NCBI GenBank assembly: GCA_965223265.1
Contig: OZ244999.1
Span: 7,296,001-7,360,000 of the forward strand
Length of the DNA: 64,000 nt
Reading direction: 5' to 3'
Source: Planctomycetota bacterium
GTDB taxonomy: Bacteria > Planctomycetota > UBA8108 > SXIK01
Shown here: piece by piece, positions 40,634-51,335 of the stretch
Layout: each line of letters opens with the position of its first letter
Position numbering within the stretch: the stretch's first letter is position 1
The notes under the pieces: model-generated
Database searches by the model: none
What the model was told of the DNA's origin: nothing
Seen by the model: only the letters and a program-made list of their open reading frames with translations
Position numbers and translations under genes: made by a program

Positions 40634-40810
40634 AGCCCGCCTGAAAAAGTGCTTCGAGCCGAAAACTGGTCTCTTTGCGTCCAGATCGGCCGCGGCAAAC
40701 GCAGGTAATCTCCGAGCCCTCTTCTATAAGGTATTACGGCGAGTATTGACACGGTCGAGCTGGGCGTGAAGAGGCCGGTTCTCGGCCGAATGACTTTTTC
40801 AGGCGGGCTG
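40633..40810. mobile_element. family A element, copy 4 (178 bp)
   Basis: Perfect 18-bp IRs CAGCCCGCCTGAAAAAGT / ACTTTTTCAGGCGGGCTG; body aligns to the other copies. Confidence 0.85.
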
Positions 40811-40876
40811 GTAGAGTCACCCAACTCACGCGTTCACCCCCAGCCCACCCCTCACCATAGACGAGGAAGGAGATCG

Positions 40877-41590
40877 ATGTCTCGTTCTCTTGAAGATCAG
40901 CACGTACTTCTCACCGGCGCCTCGCATGGAATCGGCCGCGAGCTCGCGTTTCAGCTTGCAGGTGATGGCGTCAAGTTGTCGATCTGCGGACGCGACGCTG
41001 AAGCCCTCGACGACACTGCGAGTCGTTGCCGACGCAGCGGTTCACCGCACGTTCACACTGGCGCGTTCGATCTCTGCGACGACGCACAGTTGATGCAGTT
41101 CATTTCCGACGCTGTCGCGACGAACGGCGATGTCGACATCCTCGTCAACAACGCCGCATGGAACCAAAAGGGACTGGTGCACGAGGCTCCGATCGACGAC
41201 TTCGATGCCATCGTCGGCGTCGGACTGCGGGCACCTTTTCTCTTCATCCGCTCGATTCTGCCTCGCATGATCGAACGCCGGTCCGGACACATCATCAACG
41301 TCCTGTCCACCGTATGCCACTTCGGGAACGAACGTATGGCGGTGTACACCGCCGCGAAGAACGGCCTCGAAGGTCTCCACAGTGTCCTCGTCAAAGAAGC
41401 GCGCGAACATGACATCAAGGTCACTGCGGTGTATCCGGGAGGAACGGACACCGGCTTTCGTCCTAACAAGCGCCCCGACTACATGCGCCCGGAGAGCGCC
41501 GCTCAAGCGATCCGCGCGACTCTTCTTTTGCCGCCTGATGTCGTGGTGCACGACCTCACCTTCAGGCCTATGGTCGAAACCAACTTCTGA
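40877..41590 (+). CDS. SDR family oxidoreductase
   Basis: TGASHGIG, DILVNNA, YTAAK, YPGGTDT; AGGAG RBS. Confidence 0.93.
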   Translation: MSRSLEDQHVLLTGASHGIGRELAFQLAGDGVKLSICGRDAEALDDTASRCRRSGSPHVHTGAFDLCDDAQLMQFISDAVATNGDVDILVNNAAWNQKGLVHEAPIDDFDAIVGVGLRAPFLFIRSILPRMIERRSGHIINVLSTVCHFGNERMAVYTAAKNGLEGLHSVLVKEAREHDIKVTAVYPGGTDTGFRPNKRPDYMRPESAAQAIRATLLLPPDVVVHDLTFRPMVETNF

Positions 41591-41760
41591 GTTATCCTCA
41601 ACGCCTTCAGAACGAAGCGGAAGTGCGCACTCGCTCGCCGTATGGCGCACAATCGGTGGCGCGCTCGCGCACCGTCTCTTGCAGACGCTCGTAATGCTGC
41701 CGCACGGAGCACTCGATGAACGAGCAATGTTCTGAGTCTTCAACGCCACGCGGAGAGCCG

Positions 41761-42063
41761 GTGACAGAAAAGATCTTCGTCTACGGGACGCTGATGAACC
41801 ACAAGGTTCAGCAACGCGTCATCGGTCGCACCGTCGTCGGTCGCCCGGATCGTTTGAGGGGATACGAAAAGAGAAGCGTGCGCCAAGGGTCTCGCACGTA
41901 TCCGCGCGTCGAGCCGGGCAGCGGAGATGCTATCGTCTCGGGGCTAGTGCTGGAAGTCAGCCCTGAGGAACTCGAGTGCCTCGATGACTACGAGGGCGAC
42001 GATTACCGGCGCCTGCGTGTGATCGTGGAGTCAGGCCTGAAATGCTGGGCCTACGTCCGCTGA
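41761..42063 (+). CDS. gamma-glutamylcyclotransferase (AIG2-like)
   Basis: IFVYGTL, YP, LDDYEG..Y.R; start GTG 41761 or ATG 41716. Confidence 0.88.
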   Translation: MTEKIFVYGTLMNHKVQQRVIGRTVVGRPDRLRGYEKRSVRQGSRTYPRVEPGSGDAIVSGLVLEVSPEELECLDDYEGDDYRRLRVIVESGLKCWAYVR

Positions 42064-42471
42064 CCCGAAGCCCGACGCGGCGCGGGTCCGAGCTTGGTGG
42101 ATGTTCAGCTCGAGTTTAGGTAGTGTCCCGACGAAACACCTCGGCGGTCCGCGACTGCAGCCTCCGCGACTCAATGATTTCCCCCGTCGCAGGAAGCTGA
42201 TATCATGTGGCCGTCGGTCTGAAACTCGTCTAACCCGGGTCGCTTGCAATACCGCATTGCCGACAGTCAACGCGTGCGGAGCTGCGGCGTTCGATCCGTC
42301 GGAACGGCTGCATCGCACGACATCGTGCGCAGTCTCAATGCCGTCGCGGTGCGCGTCGTAGGCAACGTGTGAAGATCCACACGGAGTCTTCGGGATGGGG
42401 GAGTCCGTCCGTCACGAGAGCTGATTCGCGAGCGAAGTACAGCTGACTTGGTAAGTCTCTCGTGGGAAACC

Positions 42472-44724
42472 GTGCGCGCAACTCGTCCCTTCCCCATCCT
42501 GATATTGCAGGTTCTGCTGCTGTGTCAAGTCATCGCAGCGGCGGATGGCGATACATCTGCTGCCAAGCGAGAACAGGCGAAGCCGAAGATTCGTCGCGAC
42601 ACGATTGAGTCGGGCGCAGATTGGACCGAACCGCAGAAAGGTGAGCGTCATTTCCGCGCCATAAAGGTCGACGAGCCTCCTGTCGTCGACGGTCGTCTCA
42701 ACGACCGCGCCTGGGAGCTTGCGGACGACCCCGGCCCCTTGTTTCAAACCCAACCGGACGCAGGGGCCCCAGCGACCGAACCGACAACCTTCCGCATGGT
42801 CTACGACAGCGATGCTATCTACATCGCCATCTGGTGCTTCGACGCCGAACCACAAAAGATCATTGGACGCGAGATGGCGCGTGATGGATCGATCTTTCAA
42901 GACGACTGGGTCATCATCGTCGTCGATACCTTCTTCGATCAACGCAACGGCTATTACTTGGCGTTCAATCCAGTTGCGGCGCGCTACGATGCGCTGATTA
43001 CGAACAACACGGGCTTCAACGAAAGCTGGAACGCCATCTGGACGGTGCGAACCTCCATCGACGACGAAGGATGGAAGGCGGAGATCATGGTGCCGCTGAA
43101 GTCGATCAGCTTCAACCCGGCCACTGACACGTGGGGATTCAACGTCGTCCGCAACGTCAAACGCAAAAACGAGCGCACGCGATGGAGCAACTACGAGGTG
43201 CGCGTCAACAACTACGATTTCGTCGAGGCAGGCACGGTCTCTGGACTCAATGGACTGCACCAGGGTCTCGGACTCGACATCAAACCTTACGCGCTGAGCC
43301 GCTTCAACCACGACCGCGTCAAGGAAGACGACGACTTGACGTTCGATTTCGGCGGGGACATCCGCTACCGCATCACACCCAACCTCACCACCAGCTTGAG
43401 TTACAACACAGACTTCGCAGAAACCGAGGTGGACGCACGCCAGATCAACCTCACACGCTTCCCACTCTTCTTTCCGGAGAAGCGAGGGTTTTTCCTCGAG
43501 GATTCGGGCATCTTCGATTTCGGGGGACTGAGCTCCTCCCAGTTCCTGCCGTTCTTCAGCCGCCGTGTCGGCCTGAGTGAACAAGGAGAGGTCGTGCCGA
43601 TCCTCGCTGCGGCCAAGCTGACGGGGCGCGTCAACAGCTACAACGTTGGGATCATGGACGCGGTGCTCGAGGACCACGATGGACTTGGCGAGCGCAACGC
43701 CCTGGTAACCCGCGTGTCAAAAAACGTGTTCGATCAATCGACCGTGGGAATGATCACAACGTTCGGTGACCCGAATACGCGAAACGACAACGTCGTCAGC
43801 GGGCTCGATTTCGGACTCAAGACAAACGAACTTTTCGGCGACCAGATTCTCCAAGTAGACGGGTACGGAATCGGTAGCTACACAGAGGGGGAGCAGTTCG
43901 AAGACAACTACTCCTACGGCCTCTCGGTTTCCTATCCGAACGAGCCGTACATCGCTAGCGCCCGCGCCTATCAAATCGATGAGGGGTTCGATGCGGCTTT
44001 AGGCTTCGTGCCGCGAACAGCAATCCGAGCCTACAATAGCTCGCTGAGCTTCAGACCGCGACCGAAGTCTCTGGACGCTGTACGACGTCTGTTGTTTTCG
44101 TACAGCACGACCCACTTCACCGACCTCAGCAATCGACTCGAGACGGCACGGCATGGCGTGATTCCTTTCTGGGTGCAGTTCGACTCCGGCGACGAAATCT
44201 GGTTTCAAGTCGAACGTGAATTCGACGGCCCCCTAGAAGATTTTGAGATTAGCGAGGGAGTCACCATTCCGGCCGACGACTACTGGTGGACGCATGCGAC
44301 GATCGGCGTCGACAGCGCGACGAAGCGCTTGGTCAGCATCACCCCGACCTACAGCTTCGGCGAATTCTATGATGGGAATCGAGAGGTCTACAATCTGTCG
44401 ACGACGCTCACGCTCATCCCACGCGTCATCACCCAGCTTTCCTACACGCTCAACCAGGTGCGGCTGCCGGCAGGCGATTTCAACACTCGGCTCGCATCAC
44501 TGCGCCTGCAGTTCAACTTCACTCCGGATCTCGTGTGGAACAACTTCGTTCAGTTCGACAGCGTCAGCGATTCGATCGGTTTGAATAGTCGCGTTCGCTG
44601 GGGAATTCACCCGGGCACAGATCTCTTCGTCGTCGTCAATCAGAACACAAACCGAGGAAGCGGCCGCATTCGATTCCTCGAGACCGAGCTGACCGTAAAG
44701 CTGGGCGTGACTCTAAGGTTCTGA
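42472..44724 (+). CDS. CBM9-like / DUF5916 exported (likely outer-membrane beta-barrel) protein
   Basis: Signal peptide; PVVDGRLND..W; W.AEI.VPLKSI; NTDFAETEVD; RFPLFFPEKRGFFLE; C-terminal LRF. Start approximate. Confidence 0.85.
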   Translation: MRATRPFPILILQVLLLCQVIAAADGDTSAAKREQAKPKIRRDTIESGADWTEPQKGERHFRAIKVDEPPVVDGRLNDRAWELADDPGPLFQTQPDAGAPATEPTTFRMVYDSDAIYIAIWCFDAEPQKIIGREMARDGSIFQDDWVIIVVDTFFDQRNGYYLAFNPVAARYDALITNNTGFNESWNAIWTVRTSIDDEGWKAEIMVPLKSISFNPATDTWGFNVVRNVKRKNERTRWSNYEVRVNNYDFVEAGTVSGLNGLHQGLGLDIKPYALSRFNHDRVKEDDDLTFDFGGDIRYRITPNLTTSLSYNTDFAETEVDARQINLTRFPLFFPEKRGFFLEDSGIFDFGGLSSSQFLPFFSRRVGLSEQGEVVPILAAAKLTGRVNSYNVGIMDAVLEDHDGLGERNALVTRVSKNVFDQSTVGMITTFGDPNTRNDNVVSGLDFGLKTNELFGDQILQVDGYGIGSYTEGEQFEDNYSYGLSVSYPNEPYIASARAYQIDEGFDAALGFVPRTAIRAYNSSLSFRPRPKSLDAVRRLLFSYSTTHFTDLSNRLETARHGVIPFWVQFDSGDEIWFQVEREFDGPLEDFEISEGVTIPADDYWWTHATIGVDSATKRLVSITPTYSFGEFYDGNREVYNLSTTLTLIPRVITQLSYTLNQVRLPAGDFNTRLASLRLQFNFTPDLVWNNFVQFDSVSDSIGLNSRVRWGIHPGTDLFVVVNQNTNRGSGRIRFLETELTVKLGVTLRF

Positions 44725-44819
44725 GTCCGGAATATGACGAAGCGACGGCACGAACGCACGATCGCCTTTCCCTTGAACTCAACCCGACTTTAGACTAACG
44801 TAACAGCGTAAGTGTTATA

Positions 44820-44905
44820 CGTTCTTCGCTGGGGGTGCCTTCGAGGCTGAGAGCAAACCCCTTGAACCTGAACCGGATAGCACCGGCGTAGGGAAGCGAC
44901 CTAAC
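44820..44905 (+). promoter_or_regulatory. TPP riboswitch
   Basis: GGGGTGC...CTGAGA..AACCC..GAACCTGA.CCGG.TA..ACCGGCGTAGGGA consensus with P1 TCGCT/AGCGA; directly upstream of thiC. Confidence 0.93.
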
Positions 44906-45020
44906 CCAGGTTCGACTCATGGAAGATTCATGAGGAACACCGGGTTCAGTCGATCCAGGCCGTCGAAACGACCCTCAGACCCGCTTCCGTCGATATCTTC
45001 GAACTCGTCACGAAAGGTGG

Positions 45021-46745
45021 TTGAGAGTGAATCGAGCCAACCCGCAGAGCGACTTTGACCGCTCGTATCGTCTCCCCCCAGTCGGCGGCAACCCCTCAAA
45101 TCTGAAAGCGGTGACCAACCCCGGCAGCTTTGCGAATCCGCCTCAAGTTGGCGGCCAAAAGACCTTCAGCTCGCCTGATACCCCAGGGATGCCAGAGCCT
45201 TCAACCGTCACGGCTCTCGACTGGGAAAACGAATCGGGTCGAACTCCAATCACTCAACTCGAAAAGGCGCGCGCCGGGATCACTACGCCTGAGATGCATC
45301 GCGTTGCCGAGCGCGAACCCCACCTATCGGCCGAAGAGGTTCGAGCCGAAGTAGCTGCGGGACGCATGATCATCCCCGCAAACATCCGCCATCTAAGCTA
45401 TCGCCTTGATCCCATGTGCATCGGTCGTGCAAGCCTAACCAAGATCAATGCCAACATGGGGGCATCACCGGTGAGCTCGGGAACCGACGAGGAGCTGGAG
45501 AAGCTGCGCTGGGCAGAACGATGGGGCGCCGACACAGTCATGGATTTGTCGACTGGCGGACGCATCGAGCAGTGCCGAGAGGCTATGGTGCAAAATGCCC
45601 GCGTACCGATCGGGACCGTGCCGATCTATTCGATGATCATCGGTCGGCGCATCGAAGATCTCGACTACGACACCATTTTGAGCTCTCTCGAGCATCAAGC
45701 GAAACAAGGTGTCGACTATTTCACGATCCACGCAGGAGTCCTCCAAGAGCACTTGCCTCTCGTCAAAGATCGACTCATCGGCATCGTCTCACGCGGCGGC
45801 AGTTTGCTCGCGAAGTGGATGCTGATCCACGGCAAGCAAAACCCGATGTACGACCTCTTCGATGAAATCTGCGACATCATGCGCGAGTACGACGTGTCCT
45901 TCAGCCTCGGTGACGGGCTACGTCCCGGCGGGCTCGCGGACGCATCGGACGCGGCACAGCTCGCAGAACTGCAAACGCTTGGTGAACTCACGGAACGCGC
46001 GTGGGCTAAGGGCGTGCAGGTGATGATCGAGGGTCCGGGCCACGTACCGCTGGATCAGATCGAATACAACATGAAGCTTCAGCGGCGACTCTGCCACGGC
46101 GCGCCGTTCTATGTTCTCGGCCCACTGGTCACGGACATCTTCCCGGGCTACGATCACATAACGTCGTGCATCGGAGCGACCTCCGCGGCGTACCATGGTG
46201 CTTCGATGCTCTGCTACGTAACGCCCAAGGAGCACCTCGGACTGCCGAAGAAAGACGACGTCAAGCAGGGGTGCGTTGCCTACAAGATCGCAGCCCACGC
46301 AGCCGACATCGCTCTGGGCATCCCTGGTTCGAGAGATCAAGACGACGAACTGACGAAGGCCCGCGCGGCGCTGAACTGGGAAAAACACTTCGACCTCTCG
46401 TTTGACCCCGACACGGCGCGTGCGTTTCACGACGAAGACCTCGACGTCGACACGGATTTCTGCGCCATGTGCGGTCACGATTGGTGCTCGGTGCGCATCT
46501 CGAAAGAAATCACGGAGTTCGCATCCGGCAAGGCCGACGAGTTCGTACCCGAACGCAAGGCGAAGCGGTCGGCAGCCTTGACGCCCGAGCAGCAAGAAAT
46601 CTTAGAAAAGCGAGGCGTGCTCTCACCCGAAGAGATCCACGCGCTTGCCAGCAAAGGCACACACCGCAGGGCCGCCTGCCACTCTGACATCGTCGCTGAT
46701 GCCAATGAGGCAAAGAGGCTTCAGGAGTCGGTCCTCGACAACTGA
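45021..46745 (+). CDS. thiC: phosphomethylpyrimidine synthase
   Basis: [51 protein letters not shown] (CxxCxxxxC); start 45021 or 45027. Confidence 0.97.
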   Translation: MRVNRANPQSDFDRSYRLPPVGGNPSNLKAVTNPGSFANPPQVGGQKTFSSPDTPGMPEPSTVTALDWENESGRTPITQLEKARAGITTPEMHRVAEREPHLSAEEVRAEVAAGRMIIPANIRHLSYRLDPMCIGRASLTKINANMGASPVSSGTDEELEKLRWAERWGADTVMDLSTGGRIEQCREAMVQNARVPIGTVPIYSMIIGRRIEDLDYDTILSSLEHQAKQGVDYFTIHAGVLQEHLPLVKDRLIGIVSRGGSLLAKWMLIHGKQNPMYDLFDEICDIMREYDVSFSLGDGLRPGGLADASDAAQLAELQTLGELTERAWAKGVQVMIEGPGHVPLDQIEYNMKLQRRLCHGAPFYVLGPLVTDIFPGYDHITSCIGATSAAYHGASMLCYVTPKEHLGLPKKDDVKQGCVAYKIAAHAADIALGIPGSRDQDDELTKARAALNWEKHFDLSFDPDTARAFHDEDLDVDTDFCAMCGHDWCSVRISKEITEFASGKADEFVPERKAKRSAALTPEQQEILEKRGVLSPEEIHALASKGTHRRAACHSDIVADANEAKRLQESVLDN

Positions 46746-46751
46746 TGCCCA

Positions 46752-47420
46752 TCAGCCATCGTTGACGAGCCGCAGCAGCGTATCCGCACTCAGATCGAGC
46801 AGCGATCCGACGACGCTGTCCGCCCGCTGTAGCTCCTGGCGCGTTTTCGTCGTCGTCACTGCGACCACCTGCGCACCCGCCGCGATCGCTGCCTCGACCC
46901 CTTGGGGCGCATCCTCGATCACGATGCAGCGCCGCGGCGGCAGCCCGAGCTTGCGCGCGGCGATGAGAAACACGTCCGGATGTGGCTTCCCGCGTGTCAC
47001 CTCATCTCCGGTTGAAAGCGCATGAAAACAGTCACGTACACCCAGTAGGTCTAACACCAGCTCCACATTCGCGGCTGGCGCGGACGATCCGATCGCGAGC
47101 GCCCAGCCGCGCGCGGTGAGATCGGCGATGAGTTCCCGGGCCCCAGGCAACACCTCAACGCGCTGCGCCGCAACGGAACGAAAGAGTTCTTCCTTGCGCG
47201 CCGAAAGCCGATCGATTTCCTGTTCACTCGGTTTGCCCTCGACCCAAAGAGGAATGATCTGTCGATTGTGCATGCCAAAGGTGTCGTCAAAGATCTGACG
47301 CGGGCACGGCGTCCCGAGCTCCTCGCCCAGTCGGCACCACGAAGCATAGTGAGCCTCGCGTGACTCGATGAGGACCCCGTCCATATCAAAGATCACACCC
47401 ACGGCAGACGGTTCAGGCAT
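46752..47420 (-). CDS. HAD-IA family phosphatase (beta-phosphoglucomutase-like)
   Basis: FDMDGVL, GKPHPD.F, IEDAPQGV.AA.AAG. Confidence 0.92.
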   Translation of the reverse strand: MPEPSAVGVIFDMDGVLIESREAHYASWCRLGEELGTPCPRQIFDDTFGMHNRQIIPLWVEGKPSEQEIDRLSARKEELFRSVAAQRVEVLPGARELIADLTARGWALAIGSSAPAANVELVLDLLGVRDCFHALSTGDEVTRGKPHPDVFLIAARKLGLPPRRCIVIEDAPQGVEAAIAAGAQVVAVTTTKTRQELQRADSVVGSLLDLSADTLLRLVNDG

Positions 47421-47611
47421 GCGATTCCTCGTTGGCGTCCCTCGCCGCGGCAAGACCAATCGCTTCGGGCGTTGGTACCGCCGACTCAAAGCGCCCCAGA
47501 TTACCGGTCGCGGAAACAAATGCACACCTGGAACTTCTGTGGCAGCCGCCACAGAGCCGATACAATCCATCGAAGCGACTGCTTCATCGCCCGGCGTCAA
47601 CAGGTGCGACC

Positions 47612-48340
47612 ATGATCTCGACCCCCGGTCCTTCCGATACCGAGACGATGCACCGCATCGTCGTACTGCGCCATGGAATCCTCCTTAATCGATTCTTCAT
47701 GGTGCCAATGCAGCGGTTCTTCGAGAAGCGCGGCTATGTCGTCTACAACCGTAGCTATCCGTCGACGCGTAAGTACATCGAAGACCACGCCAAGGACTTA
47801 GCGGATGAGCTGCGTGCACTGAAGAGCGAACTCGAGCTCCGCGGCACACCCTACGAACTCTATGCCGTGACACACAGCCTGGGCGGATTGATCCTGCGCT
47901 ACGCCCTGACGCATTGCGACGCCCCCGCCCCGAAGCGGGCCGTGTTGATGGTGCCGCCCAACCGCGGCGCTGAGACCGCACGACGGCTGTGCAAGTTTCC
48001 GCCGTACCGCTGGATAGCGGGCCGGAAAAGTGCCAAACAACTGACGGAGGAGCCCCCCGGCATCTTTGAGGCCTGCGGCATTCCGAGCGCGACCCAAATC
48101 GGGGTCATCGCCGGGCAAGTGAGGTTCCGCTTGCTGCCGACGCACCTTCAGAAACCGAACGACGGCGTCGTTAGCGTCGCCGAAGCCCAGCTCGAGCCCC
48201 TTGCGCTCCGCGTGCTACCCTACAGCCACACGCCGATCCTTTTCGTTCGTCGCGCCATGGAGGAAGCCGATCACTTTCTCAAGTGCGGCGAATTTCGCGA
48301 CTCCAAGAAAGGACGTGCGTACAGCACCGTGGACACGTAG
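47612..48340 (+). CDS. alpha/beta hydrolase (lipase/esterase-like)
   Basis: LRHGIL, THSLGG nucleophile elbow, PPNRG, NDGVV, H. Confidence 0.85.
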   Translation: MISTPGPSDTETMHRIVVLRHGILLNRFFMVPMQRFFEKRGYVVYNRSYPSTRKYIEDHAKDLADELRALKSELELRGTPYELYAVTHSLGGLILRYALTHCDAPAPKRAVLMVPPNRGAETARRLCKFPPYRWIAGRKSAKQLTEEPPGIFEACGIPSATQIGVIAGQVRFRLLPTHLQKPNDGVVSVAEAQLEPLALRVLPYSHTPILFVRRAMEEADHFLKCGEFRDSKKGRAYSTVDT

Positions 48341-48496
48341 ACAGCGCTTCACGGAGCGAAGTAGACGCGTCCAAGGTCGCAGGATGATCTAGACTGTGCA
48401 TGAGCGCGAGGCTCGGGACTTGGCTGCGAAGTGCTGTTCGGAACGCCAAGCGATCTCTATCGTCGTCCTTTCTCTCCAACTTAGGGCCGAGTTTTG

Positions 48497-49327
48497 ATGG
48501 CCACACCCAACAGCGCCCTCTTCGCCGTTCTCGGTGCCAGCAATGTGACATTCTCCTTGCCACAGCTCCTTGACGCGGCCCAGGAGAGACTGGGCGACCG
48601 AGTCGTGGACTATTTTGTCGCGCACGGCCCGGGGCGATCCTATGGTTCGTACTCTGGTGTAGCCCTTATGGCCTTTCCGGCTTTGAGCCGGTGTGATCTC
48701 TACGCAGCCCTCGAGTCGCGTGCCGAGCAGTGTGACGGCGCGGCAGTGCACACGCTGTTCACCGACATCGGGAACGATCTTCCGTACGGTGCAAGCGTTG
48801 ACGACATTCTCGGTTGGGTCGGCGATTCCGTCCGCCGCTGCCAATCGTTCGGTGCGAACGTCGCCGTCACCGCGCTACCGGCGGAGAGCGTGCGCCGTGT
48901 GCCGGCCTGGAAATACCACGTGCTGCGGCGGCTCTACTACCCATCGTGCACCCTGTCGCAGGCCGAACTCATGGCACGTGTCCTCGAGCTGCAATCGAAA
49001 CTGCCGCAGCTGTGCGACGTCCTCGGAGTACGCCTTCTCAGCGCACCGAGCGACTGGTACGGCTTTGACCATTTCCATCTCAGCCTGACGAAAAGGCGGC
49101 ACGCCTTCTCAACCTGGTTCTCGGCTCTGCTGGGTACGAACGGCATCGACTCGCCCGCCGTACCGAAGGCGCAGCTTCAGCACTCCAGTAGGCTGTCGGG
49201 GCCGCGCAACACAGCCGCCGCGGTGCGTCTCTGGAGACCGTCTGAACTGCGGCTCTGTGGTCGGCTCCTACGTCGTGCCCAGGCGGGTCGCGCAATCGCG
49301 CCGGCGGCTCGCCTGTTTCTCTTCTGA
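48497..49327 (+). CDS. SGNH/GDSL-like hydrolase
   Basis: Block I VLGASN, block III DIGND, block V DHFH. Confidence 0.7.
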   Translation: MATPNSALFAVLGASNVTFSLPQLLDAAQERLGDRVVDYFVAHGPGRSYGSYSGVALMAFPALSRCDLYAALESRAEQCDGAAVHTLFTDIGNDLPYGASVDDILGWVGDSVRRCQSFGANVAVTALPAESVRRVPAWKYHVLRRLYYPSCTLSQAELMARVLELQSKLPQLCDVLGVRLLSAPSDWYGFDHFHLSLTKRRHAFSTWFSALLGTNGIDSPAVPKAQLQHSSRLSGPRNTAAAVRLWRPSELRLCGRLLRRAQAGRAIAPAARLFLF

Positions 49328-49601
49328 CTCCGCTCCCAACGCCGCGGTTGTCCGGATCCTCGCCGGCGCCGTCGCCTTCGGTCGCGCCTACTCGCGACGA
49401 CGGTCACGCGGCTGACGACGCTGTCGCGATACCGGAGCTTCGCGCCGCATCGAAGCGCGAAAGGCGACCCACAACGAGGAGGACGGGTCCACGCCACCCA
49501 CTGTCGGCGCCGACACCCGCACGAAAGACTGCGCGCTCAGAACCGCCGTTGACTTCCCCGTAAAGCTTGAAATAATCGTGCACTCTACGAAAGGACAATC
49601 C

Positions 49602-51266
49602 ATGAATGCGGCCCCGAATCAAGCTCCTCGGCACGACTACGACCTCATGAAAGAGGTCATCTCACTCTGCAAACAGCGCGGCTTCGTGTTCCAGTCTAGC
49701 GAGATCTACGGCGGCCTGAAGAGCTGTTATGACTACGGCCCGCTTGGGGTCGAGCTCAAACGTAACATCATGAACGAGTGGTGGCGTACCACGGTTCACG
49801 CGCGTGAGGACGTGGTCGGCTTGGACGCGTCGATCATCATGCACCCGAAGGTTTGGCATGCGTCGGGGCACCTCTCCGGGTTTTCGGATCCGCTCGTCGA
49901 TTGTCTGATTAGCAAGGAACGCTTCCGCGCCGATCACGCACCGCGCCCGTCCGTCGGGGATGAACTACCCTTGACATGCTCTGACAAGGGACAGGCAAAG
50001 GTTTACCAAAAGGCCATTCAAGAACGCTTCGACATCACCCTCTCCCGCCAGGGCAAGATTCTGACAGGTCTACGGGTCATGGATGCGGACACCGTCGGCT
50101 TTTTCCCAGAAGACGCCACCGAGGCGGCAGCAGAGTTCCCGTTTCGCGGCTACGTCAGCCCCGAGATCGGCAGTCCGTTTCTCAGCGACGAACGACAGTT
50201 CAACCTCATGTTTCGCTCGACGCTCGGCTCCATCGACCCGCTCGACGAAATGGCCAAAGAGCTCGCTGGGAAGAGTCTCGAGGCTGCAGAGATCCGCAAG
50301 CTCCTCGAGCACAAGATGAAGGAGTCAGCCGTCTACCTACGCCCTGAAACAGCACAGGCTATGTTCGTCCAGTTCGCGAACATCCAGAAAGCCATGGCGG
50401 CGAAAGTCCCTTTCGGCATCGCGCAAATGGGAAAGTCGTTCCGCAACGAGGTGACCGTCGAGCACTTCATCTTTCGCTCCTGCGAGTTCGAGCAGATGGA
50501 ACTCGAGTACTTTGTTGCGCCTGGCGAGCAGAAAAAGTGGCTCGAGTACTGGAAGAACGAACGACTCAGTTGGTATCAGCGCTACGCGAATGACCCGAGC
50601 AAATTCCGTCTGCGACAACACGAAAAAGATGAGCTGGCTCACTATGCAGACGATTGTTACGACATCGAGTACGAGTATCCGTGGGGTTGGGGCGAGCTTG
50701 AGGGCGTGGCGAGCCGGACAGACTACGATCTGAAAAAGCATGCGGAACACTCTGGAGCGCCACTCAATTACTTCGACCAAGAAAAAACCGACCCTCAGAC
50801 AGGCAAAAAGGGATGGCGCTACACACCGTACGTCATCGAGCCGGCAGCCGGCGCGACGAGAACGACGCTCATGTACCTGCTTGACGCCTTCCACTACGAC
50901 TCGCCACGTCCCGACGCGTCGGGCAACGTCAAGGTTCGTCGGGTGCTCAAACTGCATCCAAGGCTGGCCCCCTACAAAGTCGCGGTGTTGCCGCTGGTGA
51001 AAAAGGATGGCATGCCAGAGAGGGCGCGCGAGATCGTCGAGCAGTTCTTCAGCGCCGGCATCAATGCGAGATATGACGAGCAGCACGCGATCGGCAAGCG
51101 CTATTCTCGTCATGACGAGGTTGGCACCCCGTTCTGCTTGACGGTCGACGGGGACTCTCTGAAAGACGGCACCGTAACGCTTCGTGATCGAGATTCGACC
51201 GAGCAAGAGCGAATCAACATCGAGGAAGCCTTCGATGTAGTGAAGAATCGTCTGGAGCGTGATTGA
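49602..51266 (+). CDS. glyQS: glycine--tRNA ligase (homodimeric type)
   Basis: SSEIYGG, YDYGPLG, QFNLMF, LRPETAQ, GKSFRNE, EFEQMELE, ELAHYA, IEP, anticodon-binding domain; AAGGA RBS. Confidence 0.97.
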   Translation: MNAAPNQAPRHDYDLMKEVISLCKQRGFVFQSSEIYGGLKSCYDYGPLGVELKRNIMNEWWRTTVHAREDVVGLDASIIMHPKVWHASGHLSGFSDPLVDCLISKERFRADHAPRPSVGDELPLTCSDKGQAKVYQKAIQERFDITLSRQGKILTGLRVMDADTVGFFPEDATEAAAEFPFRGYVSPEIGSPFLSDERQFNLMFRSTLGSIDPLDEMAKELAGKSLEAAEIRKLLEHKMKESAVYLRPETAQAMFVQFANIQKAMAAKVPFGIAQMGKSFRNEVTVEHFIFRSCEFEQMELEYFVAPGEQKKWLEYWKNERLSWYQRYANDPSKFRLRQHEKDELAHYADDCYDIEYEYPWGWGELEGVASRTDYDLKKHAEHSGAPLNYFDQEKTDPQTGKKGWRYTPYVIEPAAGATRTTLMYLLDAFHYDSPRPDASGNVKVRRVLKLHPRLAPYKVAVLPLVKKDGMPERAREIVEQFFSAGINARYDEQHAIGKRYSRHDEVGTPFCLTVDGDSLKDGTVTLRDRDSTEQERINIEEAFDVVKNRLERD

Positions 51267-51335
51267 CGGACGTGCTATAGCAATCCGTGGAAGAGGATTT
51301 TCGAGGAAGAAGCCGCAGCGAAGCGAAGACGTACG

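Noticed and set aside
40746-40775. Outward promoter from TTGACA in family A copy 4
   Set aside because: No plausible -10 hexamer at 16-18 bp spacing.
49330-49600. T-box leader before glyQS
   Set aside because: No T-box consensus (GGTGG.ACCGCG) or terminator; only a weak sigma70-like TTGACT/AATAAT.
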